From the human T2T-CHM13v2.0 reference genome, Homo sapiens, in contig CP068257.2 in NCBI GenBank assembly GCA_009914755.4, positions 41,376,001 through 41,440,000 of the forward strand: a stretch of 64,000 nt of DNA, read 5' to 3'. Positions 50,278 through 62,924 of the stretch are shown here, piece after piece; positions within the stretch are counted from its first letter, which is position 1, and each line of letters opens with the position of its first letter. The notes beneath the pieces were generated by a model that did not search any database, was not told the origin of the DNA, and saw only the letters and a list, made by a program, of their open reading frames with translations. The position numbers and the translations under genes were made by a program.

Positions 50278-50588
50278 TCCCACAGCAACCCACACTCTCA
50301 TGGCTTCTGCTGCGGGAAGCGCTCCTTCCTGGGATTCCCTGGCACAGTTCAGATGAGTATTTCTCCACCTTCACTGGCTGCTCTCCTCTAGCTCCACAGT
50401 CTCTACAACCCAGGTCTACACTAACACACAAGACAATGTAAACTGTTAAGGGCTTCACAACTTATTTCTGACATGGATTGCTGTGTTAAGATAATATGAA
50501 AGAAAACTCAGTGAATATAAAGTAAAATATTTTAAAATATAACTGATTTTTCTACAGGCCATTTTCTAAAAATGTCTAAGCAACTAAG
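50278..50588. repeat. Left arm of a ~311-bp inverted duplication (partner 51318-51629)
   Basis: The reverse complement of this arm matches the partner at ~98%. The ORF track shows near-identical 61-aa peptides MKPLTVYIVLCVSVDLG… on the - strand here and on the + strand at 51448. Confidence 0.9.
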
Positions 50589-50641
50589 GACTTCAACCCT
50601 GTAAAAAGCAAGAATGGTTTTAATATAAATCAGGAATTCTA

Positions 50642-50950
50642 GACCGGGCATGGTGGCTCACACCTTTAGTCCCAGCACTTTGGGAGGCCGAGGCAGGCAG
50701 ATCACCTGAGGTCAGGAGTTTGAGACCAGCCTGGCCATCACGGAGAAACCTGGTCTCTACTAAAAATAAAAAAATTAGTCGGGCATGGTGGTGGGTGCCT
50801 GAAATCCCAGCTATTCGGGAAGCTCAGGCAGGAGAATCGCTTGAACCCAGGAGGCGGAGATTATAGTGAGCCGAGACCACGCCACTTCACTGCAGTCTGG
50901 GCGACAGAGCAAGGCTCTGTCCCAAAATAAATAAATAAATAAATAAATAA
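50642..50950 (+). mobile_element. Alu (sense) in the inverted-repeat spacer, (AAAT)n tail
   Basis: GACCGGGCATGGTGGCTCACACCTTTAGTCCC… tail aaataaataaataaataaataaataag. Confidence 0.9.
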
Positions 50951-50992
50951 GGAATTCTTTTATTCCAGCATCTTTCAAAAGAAACATTTTAG

Positions 50993-51300
50993 GCTGGGCG
51001 CAGTGGCTCACACCTGTAATCCCAGCACTTTGGGAGGCCGAGGCCAGTAGATCACAAGGTCAGGAGTTCCAGACCAGCCTGGCCAGTATGGTGAAACCCC
51101 GTCTCTACTAAAAATATAAAAAATTAGCCGGGCATGGTGGTGCATGCCTGTAGTCCCGGCTACCCGGGAGGCTGAGGCAGGAGAATTCCACGAACCCGTG
51201 AGACCGAAGTTGTGGTGAGCCAAGTTCACACCACTGCACTCCAGCCTGGGCGACAGAGCGAGACTCCGTCTCAAAAAAAAAAAAAAAAAGAAAGAAAAGA
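50993..51300 (+). mobile_element. Alu (sense) in the inverted-repeat spacer
   Basis: GGCTGGGCGCAGTGGCTCACACCTGTAATCCC… poly-A…gaaagaaaag. Confidence 0.9.
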
Positions 51301-51317
51301 GACATTTTAATGACAGC

Positions 51318-51629
51318 TTTAGTTGCTTAGACATTTTTAGAAAATGGCCTGTAGAAAAATCAGTTATATTTTAAAATATTTTACTTTATATTCACTGAGT
51401 TTTCTTTCATATTATCTTAACACAGCAATCCATGTCAGAAATAAGTTGTGAAACCCTTAACAGTTTACATTGTCTTGTGTGTTAGTGTAGACCTGGGTCA
51501 TAGAGACCGTGGAGCTAGAGGAGAGCAGCCAGCGAAGGTGGAGAAATACTCATCTGAACTGTGCCAGGGAATCCCAGGAAGGAGCGCTTCCCGCAGCAGA
51601 AGCCGTGAGAGTGTGGGTTGCTGTGGGAG
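51318..51629. repeat. Right arm of the inverted duplication (partner 50278-50588)
   Basis: See the left arm; the arm ends are anchored by ctttagttgcttagacatttttagaaaatggcctgtag… and …cccgcagcagaagccgtgagagtgtgggttgctgtgggag. Confidence 0.9.
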
Positions 51630-52261
51630 GGTAGATGGCAGGAGGACATGGGGCTGGGCAGCCGGGAGGGACTGATGGCCTGGGAGACAGCAGTGAAGAG
51701 GAGAGGGGAGAGCAGAGGCAGGCGCCATGGGTTCTGGGCATGGCCGTGAGCCACTGGAAGATGATACGGGAGCTTATCTTTGTTCCCTTGGGGAAGAAGC
51801 CCTTATTTTGAGACCTCGAAGGCATAAATCCTAAGGCAAAATATGGGTGATTTGGCCAGATCAAAATTCAGTTTTTCTGTGCATTGGAGGACACAGAGGA
51901 CCATTAACAGGTAGTGACTGAGAGGAGCACTTTCCTCGTTCCTTCTTTTTAATGGATAAAGCCGGCAAGGAGCCAGTGTTAGGGGGATTCCTGCAACTCA
52001 GCAGGTAACCAACTAGAAGTCTCTAGAACCATGACAGCGGATATTAATAGTTCATTGAAAGGAGACCAGATGACCAAGCAGCACGTGAAGACTGCACGGC
52101 CTCGCCACGCCCAGGGAGTGTGAGCTGGAGCCCGGGGGCGTGCCGCCCCGTCTGCCGGCCGCAATGAGGAAGCTGGGATTGGGGATCTGCAGAAACGGGA
52201 ACTTGCGTGGTGCTGGCGGGAATATCACGGGGCCAGCCATTCTGGAATGAACCTGACAGGA

Positions 52262-53040
52262 CAGTCATGTGTCACTTAACAATGGGCTGTGCTCTGAGAA
52301 ATGCCTCTGTAGGGGACTCCATCCCGTAGGAACATCACAGCGCACTCACACAGCTCACTGTACACCCAGCCTGTGCGGCTTAGCCCATTGCTCCCAGCCA
52401 TGGGCCTGTGCGGCACGTGACCCTGCTGACTACCCTGGGCAATCGTAACATAATGTAAGGATTTGTGTGTCTAAACAGCTAAATTGGCCGGGTACTGTGG
52501 CTCACGCGTGTAATCCCAGCACTCTGGGATGCTGGGGCAGGCAGATCACTTACGCTGAGGAGCTCAAGAGCGGCCTGGGCAATAGAGTAAGACTTCATCT
52601 CTACAAAAAAATGTAAAAATTAGCCAAGCATGGTGGCTCATGCCTGTAGCCCCAGCTACTCAGAGGCTGAGGTGGGAAGATGTCTTGGACTCAGGAGGGA
52701 AAGGTTTCAGTGAGCTGTGATTACACCACTGCATGCCAGCCTGGGCGACAGAGCCAGACCCCGTCTGAAAAAAAAATGCTAAACAAAGGTACAGTAAAAA
52801 TACAGTCTAAAGTGTTAAAAATAGCACCGGGCACTTACCAGGAGCTGCTCGGATGCCTCAGGGAGTGAGGGCGAGTGAGCATGGAAGCCTAGGATGTTAC
52901 CGTATGTACTTACGTGCACTGGCAGCACCACAAACACGGGAGATACACTGTGCTACATGTTATGAGGACAGGGACTTCTCAGCTCCTGTTGTAACCTCAC
53001 GGGACCTCCTTGGTCTGCTCAGTCCGTTGTTGGCTGAAAC
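52262..53040 (+). mobile_element. Ancient interspersed repeat, probably a non-autonomous DNA transposon of the gtcatgtgtcacttaac… family; split by an Alu at 52487-52778
   Basis: Family motifs gtcatgtgtcacttaacaatggg…gttctgagaaatgc…ctaaaca|Alu|ctaaacaaaggtacagtaaaaatacag…; the family name is not recalled with certainty. Confidence 0.5.
52487..52778 (+). mobile_element. Alu (sense, older subfamily) nested in the repeat above
   Basis: GGCCGGGTACTGTGGCTCACGCGTGTAATCCCAGCACTCTGGGATGCTGGGGCAGGCAGATCACTT… A-tail. Confidence 0.85.
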
Positions 53041-53071
53041 ATCGTGGGTAGCACAGACCTGTGCAGAGACG

Positions 53072-53215
53072 CTCACTGCAGCCTCGCCTGTGGCGGCAGG
53101 GGTTACAGAAGAAGCGTGGACACCTGCATGGAGGGGAACACACTCACTGCAGCCTCGCCTGTGGCGGCAGGGGTTACAGAAGCGGCGTGGACACCCCTGT
53201 GGAGGGCAACGGGGT
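53072..53215. repeat. 71-bp tandem duplication (2 copies, ~88% identical)
   Basis: ctcactgcagcctcgcctgtggcggcaggggttacagaag(a/c)(a/g)gcgtggacacc… occurs twice in tandem; ORF-track peptides QPRLWRQGLQKRRGH and QPRLWRQGLQKKRGH. Confidence 0.85.
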
Positions 53216-55082
53216 GAGCTGCTGGTCGTGTCGTGGGGGTGTGGCTATGTGACAGTTGGCACAGGACATGCTTGGGTCTACTTCTGTCAATAGCTTTATT
53301 TCGTGGCAGTGGATTGCCTGTTGTTTCTCTCATAGTTTATTGAATGCCGGGGTTTTTTTGTAGAACAGTGGAGACCAAGATAAATAGTCCTCATGCCCAG
53401 AAACAGGCACTCCCCTTCAGACAGGCCCTGGGTGGGTGTGGTCACCAGGTGAGCGGGCTGTGGGCTTGGGGCTGCCTTCATCCCTGCAGGCACCACAGGC
53501 TTCCGATTCTTCCAGCAGTGGCCATAGCCAGCCTGTGCATGGTGTGGGTGCCAGAGTGGCCCCGCCCCTTCTTAGATGCCAGCAGGCCTTGGATGCTGTG
53601 CTGTGCCTGGTGTCTGCTCCTGCCCTCCCTGGCAGAGGGCTACTGCTGCTTGCTTCCGGCTCCTTGGCGTGCTCCTGGCCCAGCCTCCGTCGCAGGTGGG
53701 TCCTATACCCTTGGGGTGCAGGGCTCGTGCCCACTCCTGCTCCTGCTGCCAAACTCTGCCTTATACCTGGACAGTGGCTTGGGCGGGAGAGTGTGTGAGC
53801 CAGGGCAGGCCTTGAGTTGAAAATGTTTCCTGCCTCTCCCCGGTGGCTCTGTACCTGGTAGAAGGAGGGAAGAGGCTGCAGGTTCCCCATCCCCTGTTTT
53901 CTCCTTTCCTGCCCTCTGGCAGCTGCCAAACTCAGGGTGGGCGGGGAGGCCTTTGCCCTGCGCTCCAGAGTGCACACAGAGCTCTGTGCATGGTGTGAGA
54001 GTTCAACAGAAACGGGAATGAGGAAGGGGGAACAGTCGGGTTTGGAAATGGTTTTTACTCAGAGTTGAAGGCACTGCCTTTTACCTTGAGCAACGTAAAG
54101 CTGTTCTGATTCCTGATTCTCTGTATGGAAGGATTCTCTCGGGCAGTGTCCAGGGTCTTATGGCAGGAATGACATCTCCAGTCCCCTGTCCCCCTCTGGA
54201 ATTTTGCCTATCCAGGGGATCCCCCTCTCTTGACCCTGGGGAGGTTTATGTGGCCTGCTGGGGCGGTAATTGCCATGTGACTGACGGGTTGAGGGGGCTC
54301 AGGCTTGGCCCGGGTGCCATGTTGGAAGGAAGCCCAGGCCGCGGGGATAGGCCATGCAGGTGTGCTGTCTGCCAGCCGCGTTGACCACCAGCTACACACA
54401 AGTGAGCCTACAGGTGCCTCGAGCCACCCCAACTGATGAGCAGAGCAGAGCAGAGCCCAGCCGCCCCTGTGAGCCCCGCTCCAGATACAGATGTGTGAGC
54501 AAAATAAATGTTGCCACTGTCTGAAGCCATTTTTCTGGGGGTTGTCGTTAAACAGGCTTAGTGCCTGAGGCGGGACTCTGTGGCCGGTTCTCTGTCATGT
54601 CACATTGGACCTTGGCATGGGCCATGCCCGTCGTGTGCTGGGCATGTGCTGGACCATGTCAGCCCTGCACCAGCCTTCCTGGGGCCTGCCATGGACCCAC
54701 GCTGCCCGCCGGCGATGCCGTCTCTGGATCCAGTCACTGAGCGGGGGGTGTTAGACCCATAAAGAAGCAAAGTTTAGGGGGAGCTTGGAAGGGAGTGGGC
54801 TGCCCCGGGCCTCTTCACGCGACGCCAACGCCACCTTGGTGTGAGCCAACAGAGAGGGCTGTGCCCCAGGTGTGGGGTTGCGGGCAGGAGCTGCCCACTC
54901 AGGCTCTCTGAGGCGTCTTTGAGTCGTTCTCTCTCAGTTCAGACTTCCCTCTGACAGCTTCCCAAAGCTTTGATGGAGCTGTCCTGAGTCACCTGCACAA
55001 CCTTGCTAGCTGCAGCCTAAGGAGACACTGAGCGAGCACACGGTTCACATTTCTAAAATGATGCTTTAATCAAATATGTTAA

Positions 55083-55381
<299 letters not shown>

Positions 55382-55848
55382 AAGAGAACACTTTTTAAAT
55401 GTTATTTCGGTGCCAGTACTTGCTTCAATTAAGCGCTCATTAGTTAAAAAGAATGCTAGCCTCCATCTGAGCCCCACCAAGCCCTCACTGTCCTTCCTGG
55501 CGAGAGAAGCCAGCGGATATGCCCTTGAGCTGAGGGCTGTCGAGGATGTGGTGGTCCAGGGCATCCCTGGACTCACTGTCTGACAGGCAGGGACAGCCCC
55601 TGCAGAGGAAGAGGCTGAACACTGGACAGGGGTGCCTGCCACTCCACAGGGCCTGTCCAGTGCCTATCCTGGTGGGTGAGTAGCAGGCTCGCTGCCTACT
55701 CCGGGCCCACCACCACCACCAGGGCTGTGCTGCAGGTTGCAAAAGGCCCAGCGGCGCCCGAGCCACTCCTTATCTGGTGAGGAAGATGCCCAGACACAGG
55801 GCAGCTCTCAGCACGGGAAAGGAAAAGCCTGACCTTTGGGCCACATCA

Positions 55849-56170
<322 letters not shown>

Positions 56171-57839
56171 CCCACAAAAATCCTGAATTGTAAAGCCACT
56201 AATAGACTAGCTCTGCACTGAAGTACTCAAAGAAAGGATTAGAAACCCAGTGTTCCTCAGATGCAGTCTTTAGGACTTAAATAACTTAAATGGTGGCCTG
56301 TAATGAGCTGCACCTGTGTCCCTGTGAGGGTGCCTGCCAAGCCTTTGAAGCCATGTGTTGTCTTAGGCGGGTTGCATGTCTTCTTGCACTGCTGTTTTTG
56401 CTAGACATTTGCTCACAATCCTTTTTTACATTTTTAAACAAATAGCACAAATATGAACTTGGGCTCGGACCAAGACAGTAGTTCTGAGCTTAGTGAAATT
56501 CACAGCACTAGGGTGAAGTCACTGGGCACGGCAGTCTCTTGCTGACAGCCTGTCCTTTTATTTGACATCATCCTTCGCCTGGCTCCTGCTGTCACTCTCT
56601 TGCGTGTAGGTTTTTGTAAGCATTGGCACTTTCAATGATCCCTTCTGGAAACCAGCCCCCCGCCTGAGCTTTCAGGAATGTATCTGTTTCCACCACCTTT
56701 CAGCGATTCTTCCTGCTCCCTCTGCCAAGGTCTGTTTCTCCAGGATCGGAGGGGGTCGTGTGAATCAGCCCAGATGCTTTCAGCAGCGAACAAGAGGCCC
56801 CAGCACCCGGCTTCCGCCCCGGGGCGTTGGTTCTCTGGCGTCTCTGTGGCCATGGGATGCCACCATAGCAGCCAGGGCCACACCAGGGGATGCTGTTGCT
56901 CCCAGCCCTCTCTGCAGAGCCCCGGGACCCACCCTGTGTGGACTGCTGAGGTCACATGCCCACCCAGACTAGTGACTGGCCAGGGAATGGCATGTACACA
57001 TTGGCTTCTGTCAACTGAGGTCAATCCCTAGTCCCTGCTCCTGCCCTCCCATCATCGTGGCTGTGGGAAGAGGCAAGGAGACCTGAACTGTCGGGAATGA
57101 AGAAGGGGATGGATGCTGAGTAGATCGACATCCGTGACCCTGGGTTTCCTCCTTCCCCCACCTCGAGAGCTTTGGCAAGATTAGACAAGTATGTAAGGAG
57201 AAGGAGCGGGCCTGGCTCCCCTGAAGCTGAGCAGTCAGGGCCTGAATGATTTGAATGGGATCCAAGTAAACCCCATGGCCCCACATGGCAGAGTCTCTGC
57301 ATGGAATCCAGCCTGGACTCACGACCCTGCTGCCTCACAGGCCTGGCACAGCAGTGCCTGCTAGTTCCTTGCCTCTGGTGGGTAGGGGACTGATTGGTCC
57401 TGCTGATGGCAGCAGCGGGCTGTCTTTGGAGCAAAGTTGGAGCTACGTTCAGGTGCTGTCATAGCCTGACTGGGTGTGCACACGCTTGGGGCAATGCTGA
57501 CACGCCAGCCCCTTGCCACCTCGGCCCCCTCTGGACTTTGGGCACTGATAAGCATTAGGAGGAAAGCCAAGTGGGGGCTGACGGCAGCTTGCTGCTGGCC
57601 TGCAGGCACCCTTGACACCTACAGCCCGGGCACCATGAATGGCAGCAGGAGGCAGACAGGTTCCTGGGTGGAAGGGGGCAGGTTCTTGGTGAGGCCCCAC
57701 CTTCAGGCCAAGAAGGGCTTGAAGGCTGGGGGCCAGGCTGCCAGTCCTGTGGACTGGAGTGGGAACTTATGGTGCCTTTTTCGGGCCTGCCCATGGCCAC
57801 CCTTGGACCAGTTGGCACAGCATGCACTTCCTCCCCTTT

Positions 57840-58260
57840 GAGGCCCATAAAAGCCCCAGGCTCAGCCAGAGCTGGGCAAATGTTGGGATGACCACCTGCA
57901 GACAGGAGCAACCCACTCTAGGGCCCCCTCTTTGCTGAAAGCTGCAGAGATGATGGAAAGATGACAGGGAGATGATGGGACAACCAGCTGCAGAGAGGAG
58001 CTACCCTCTCTACTGATAGCTGAACACTTGTTGGGACGACTTGCCTAACCCTTTCTGCTAGGAGCTGAACAGACGTTGGGACACCCTGGCTGCAGAAAGG
58101 AGCTGCCCCCCTGTGGGTTTCCTCAGAGCTGTTCTGTCACTCAATAAAGCTCCTCTTCATCTGGCTCACTCTCCACTTGTCTGCTTACCTCATTCTTCTT
58201 GGACAAGAACTCAGGACCTGCCAAATGGCGAGGCTAAAAGAGCTGTAGCATAAACAGGGC
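57840..58260 (+). mobile_element. Solitary ERV1-type LTR (MER41/MER4-like; family not resolvable by eye) with an internal AATAAA (58143-58148)
   Basis: …ctgttctgtcactcAATAAAgctcctcttcatctggctcactctccacttgtctgcttacctcattcttcttggacaagaactcaggacctgccaaatggcgaggctaaaagagctgtagcataaacagggctga — an R/U5 motif typical of ERV1 LTRs. Confidence 0.5.
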
Positions 58261-58981
58261 TGAGATGTACCCTTTGCTTGCCACATTACAGGTGAAGTGA
58301 AGGAGAGAAGAGCTGCAGCCCTTTGGGGAACCCAGACCTGGGAGCTCCCCAAGCCAGGGCTGTGATTCCTTCTTTGGGGCCCTGTGGTTCCTGGTGTCTC
58401 TAAACTTTTGGGTGCCACCGTGTTCCCCAGTGCCAGCTGTGGAAGCTGCTTGCAGTGTGCTTGGTCTGGCCGAAGCCTCACAGGGAGCCGGCACCTATAG
58501 CTGCTTGCCCTGCTGAAGCAGCTGGCATGTCTGACTGTGTGCAGTGGCCAGACCCCACGCACGCTCAAACACGCCCTGCCATTCCACGCCTGACTCGCCC
58601 TTGGTAGGCATGGGACCCAGGCCTGTAGTGTGAGCCCAGTGCAGCCTGCCAGGCCAAGTGGGTGAGATGAGCCCAGCAGGCCTGAGCAAAGATGCCCCAG
58701 CCACAGAGGTTTTGGCCAGAAAAACGACAGCCCGAAGATCTCGTAACACAACGGCATTTTCTCTCCCAGTTTGCAGTGCTTCCCCATCTCTTGGTGCTGT
58801 GGTGTCTGCTTGCAGCTCAGCGTCTGTTCGAGCCCATCTGTTCACACGCTCCTGTCATCCTCCTGTGTCTGTGAAGTCTTAAACCTTTAGTTAAGTCAAT
58901 ACGTGTTCGGTGAGATGCGATTCTCTATTTTATTCACTAAATCAAGACTAGCTGACATGTCTTTGTTGTTATTCCACGTTA

Positions 58982-59344
<363 letters not shown>

Positions 59345-61837
59345 AATGTAGGGAACCTTTAAAAATCCTGAGGAGATAGCCCACAGACCACTCCTGGCCC
59401 ATCTTGACCATTGATGCTGGCCTCATGAGGGCCAGGTGTGTGCTCCTGGGCGTGGGCCCAGGGAGCCTGCAATTTTGACCCTAATGGGGACCGATCTGCA
59501 CAGCTGAGCCAGCCTCTCTGCAGTCCCCATCCCATCCATGGCAAGCCCCCCATACTTTCTTCTCATGGTCAAGGGTTTGGTGACGCAGCTATGAGCAACT
59601 CCTGCTGGCCTGTAAAGCTCCTCTGTCCTCCAATGTTGTGGCCTCTGCTGTGAGAACATCCGTCAGGAGACAGTGAAGACCTCCACAGCTGGGGGCTCAG
59701 TGGGTCCAGAGCATTAGCGCCCCGACCCAGGGGCTGACCCAGGCCCTACGTCACGGGCATGTGTCCCCGGCTAGGAAGTCCTGAGCCAGCCAGGGTGCTC
59801 CTGCAGGAGACAGAACCAGCTGAACCACAGCTTGGCCTCCGGGGAGGACTCACAGGCCACGAGGTGGCGGTGCTTGTGGCTGCTGTGAGTGCCTGCCCCG
59901 GAGAGGGGCTGTGTCTGTGCGCTCACCAGCGGCTCCAGAGCCTGCCGGGCAGCAAACAGACATTATGGTGCCCCGATGGGTGAGCAGCCCCATGCACAGG
60001 TGTGTACCTGCTGACTGTGCGGAATTGTGACTCTCAGGACACTTCCGTAACAATGACCATTTTGACTGCATTGAGAATGACTAGCCTTGGCCACTTCCCC
60101 TGCATTTTGCATGGAGCCCAGGGCCCAGCTCACTCCGATTGTGACGGAGCGTGAGACCCTTGCAGACAGCCAGGGGAGGTGGCAGCCTGAGACTGCTGCA
60201 GCAGGGACAGTTGGCATTTAGCGTCACTCTTGAAGATCGTTTTTGAGAATTTGGGTGTTTGGGGTTTTTAGTGTGGCCTCAAATAGATTGAGTTGTCAAT
60301 GCTACAGCTCCGGAGCCTCAGCTGTTTGTGCCACCCCACACTGGGGTGGATGGGGCTGTGCCCTGCCCTCCCTGAGGCTCACTCACTGTGCCCCTCTCCT
60401 GGCTTCTCTCCTGCCTCCCTGATCAGCAAGTTCCTAGGGGCTCCCCGAATATCATCACTCCCTGGAGCCGCAGAGACCCCCACAGCTCCCTGCTTGGGGC
60501 TCCTCTGCATCCCGCACAAACTCCCCCTTCAGTTCCTGACGCATACCCCTGCCCTCTGCAGGTGCTATGTAGGGGCCCCGCCAGCCTCCGAGGCCCACAA
60601 GGGCTTCTGGTTCAGGAAGGCTCTGTGGTTACCTCAACTCCAAACCCTCTCCACCCCCACCCCCAGGCAGCATGCTGGCACCCTAGCCCCGGGCACCCTG
60701 AGAACACCAAGTGCCGTTTCCTGGAAGAGGAAATGTTTCTGCCAAGAAGTTTCCACGCCTCTGGCCTATGATTGACTGACTTGCTTTTGAAACCCGTTCA
60801 GGAGAGGTCATGCCTATCCCCTTCCTCTACCCGCTGGCCTGCCCTGGCTCACTTGGCTGCATAGTGGGAAACAGGAACTTTTCCACTGGCCCTAAGCAAA
60901 GCCTACTCTCCAGAGACTGGCAGAAAACCAAGTGCCTGAGGAGAGTTGGGTGCGGGGAAAGCCGGAGGCTCCCGTGGGGCCCTGTAGCGGGAGTGCCTTC
61001 CCAGTCGCTCTGGGAAGCCCTGCCCTCTCCTCCTCCCACCTGCCTCCCTGCCAGTGTCCTCCCCCAGCAGACCTGCAGGAACAACACCGTCATGGGGGCC
61101 CGAGAGTTGGGGACCTCCCAGGCCAGCACTACAGCCCAGCACAGATGCCACCAACCTGCGGAGAAAAGCCTTTGTTCGTGTCCACAGCGGCTCTGTCTCC
61201 ATCCTTTAGGTAGCTTGATGCCAGGGCATAATTCAAGCCATTGCTGAGATGCCCAGAGACCAAGAACATGAAGCTGGCCAGGCTTGGTCATTAGGAAAGC
61301 CCTGGGCACCAAGACCTGCCCCCTCACAGCTGCTACAGCTGGCTGGCTGGCTGGCTGGATCCTTCAGGGTGGGGCTGCAGTCATCGTTTCATGAGCCACA
61401 GCCAAGAGGTGTCATAAGCAGCTGCAGAGGTTTGTGGAGGACATATGAACAGCCACCCATCTGGAGTCGGGTCTGCTGTGGACAGGTGTGCAGGTTGTGA
61501 ACGGCACAACTCCATGCCTCCATGCCCTCAGAGTCTACGCCTGGATGGGCACGTGCAGCACCCCGTGTGGACTTCTCAGCTCCCCTCTGTTTTCAGTGTT
61601 CCTGGCTGGGCAGGACGAGCAGATCCTGTACAAAGAGCAGCCCTCACCCCCATCTGCAGTCTGATCTGCTCCCCTCCGTCCTCAGCAGGCCCCTGCACCC
61701 CCATCCTCACCCTCCACACCTCCCCAGCCCTCCCACCTGCACCTGGACTGCACCAGCCACACTCCTGACTCAGGCCTTTGCCCACCTGTGCCTTCAGCCA
61801 GGCATGCTTTTCCCCAGGGCCCGCTGGGCAGCCCTGA

Positions 61838-62220
<383 letters not shown>

Positions 62221-62590
62221 CCATGTTAACCATTTGTAAATGCATAGTTGAGTAGGGTTAAGTACGTTCATGTTGTGTAACCATCACCACCATCCATCTC
62301 CAGAACTTTCTCACTTTCCCGAACTGAAACTGTTCTCAGCCAACAATGATTCCTCATCCCCCTCCTCAGCCCCTGGCAACCACTGTTCTCGTTGCCTCTC
62401 TGAGTTCAGCTGTTCTAGATTCTTTACATAAGTGGGGTCACGCAGGATTCGTGGGGTCATGCAGGGTTTGTGCTGTTGTAGCACGTGGCGTGGTTTCATT
62501 CCTTTTTAAGCTGAATCATTGTCCGTTGCCCGGATAGTCCACATTTTGCTTCTCCATTCGTCTGCATGAGGTAGATCTTATCTCCATGTC
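62221..62590 (-). mobile_element. L1 3'-end fragment (antisense)
   Basis: …gtaaccatcaccaccatccatctccagaactttctcactttcccgaactgaaactgttctcagccaacaatgattcctcatccccctcctcagcccctggcaaccactgttctcgttgcctctctgagttc… matches the same antisense-L1 3'-end motif seen at 28620. Confidence 0.75.
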
Positions 62591-62760
62591 TAGATCTTAT
62601 CTCCATTTTGTAGACATGGAAATTGGGACATATTGCCCAAGAACCCCCAACTGATAAGTGGCAGAGTTTGGATTCAAACCCAGATCAAACTGGGTCCAGG
62701 GTTGTGGCTTTTTTCCAGGCTCGTCCAGCAAGTGCCAAGGCTGGGAGGTGCTCGTCAACA
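62590..62760 (+). mobile_element. MIR SINE fragment
   Basis: ccattttgtagacatggaaattgggacatattgcccaagaacccccaactgataagtggcagagtttggattcaaacccagatc matches the MIR core (…ccccattttacagatgaggaaactgaggc…cccaaggtcacacagctagtaagtggcagagccaggattcgaacccaggtc). Confidence 0.7.
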
Positions 62761-62761
62761 G

Positions 62762-62867
62762 GCACTCCATGTTGGCCAGGCTGGTCTCGAACTCCTGACT
62801 CAGGTGATCCACCTGCCTCGGCCTCCCAAAGTGCTAGGATTACAGGCGTGAGCCATCACATCCGGCC
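62762..62867 (-). mobile_element. Alu monomer fragment (antisense), TSD AACAGGCACTC
   Basis: rc: CATGTTGGCCAGGCTGGTCTCGAACTCCTGACTCAGGTGATCC…GGCGTGAGCCATCACATCCGGCC; aacaggcactc lies on both flanks. Confidence 0.8.
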
Positions 62868-62924
62868 TAACAGGCACTCTGTGCACGGTGTGTGTGTGTT
62901 GGGGGTGGGGAGTGCTATGGGCTA

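Noticed and set aside
50273-51675. Two ORFs encoding nearly the same peptide (MKPLTVYIVLCVSVDLG…) on opposite strands
   Set aside because: They are the two arms of the inverted duplication read on opposite strands, not paralogous genes. There is no start or stop context, no domain, and the sequence is otherwise non-coding.
57840-58260. AATAAA plus promoter-like motifs that might suggest a gene 3' end or TSS
   Set aside because: The AATAAAGCTCCTCTTC…TTGGACAAGAACTC motif is the canonical R/U5 of ERV1 LTRs; this is a solitary LTR, not a cellular gene terminus.
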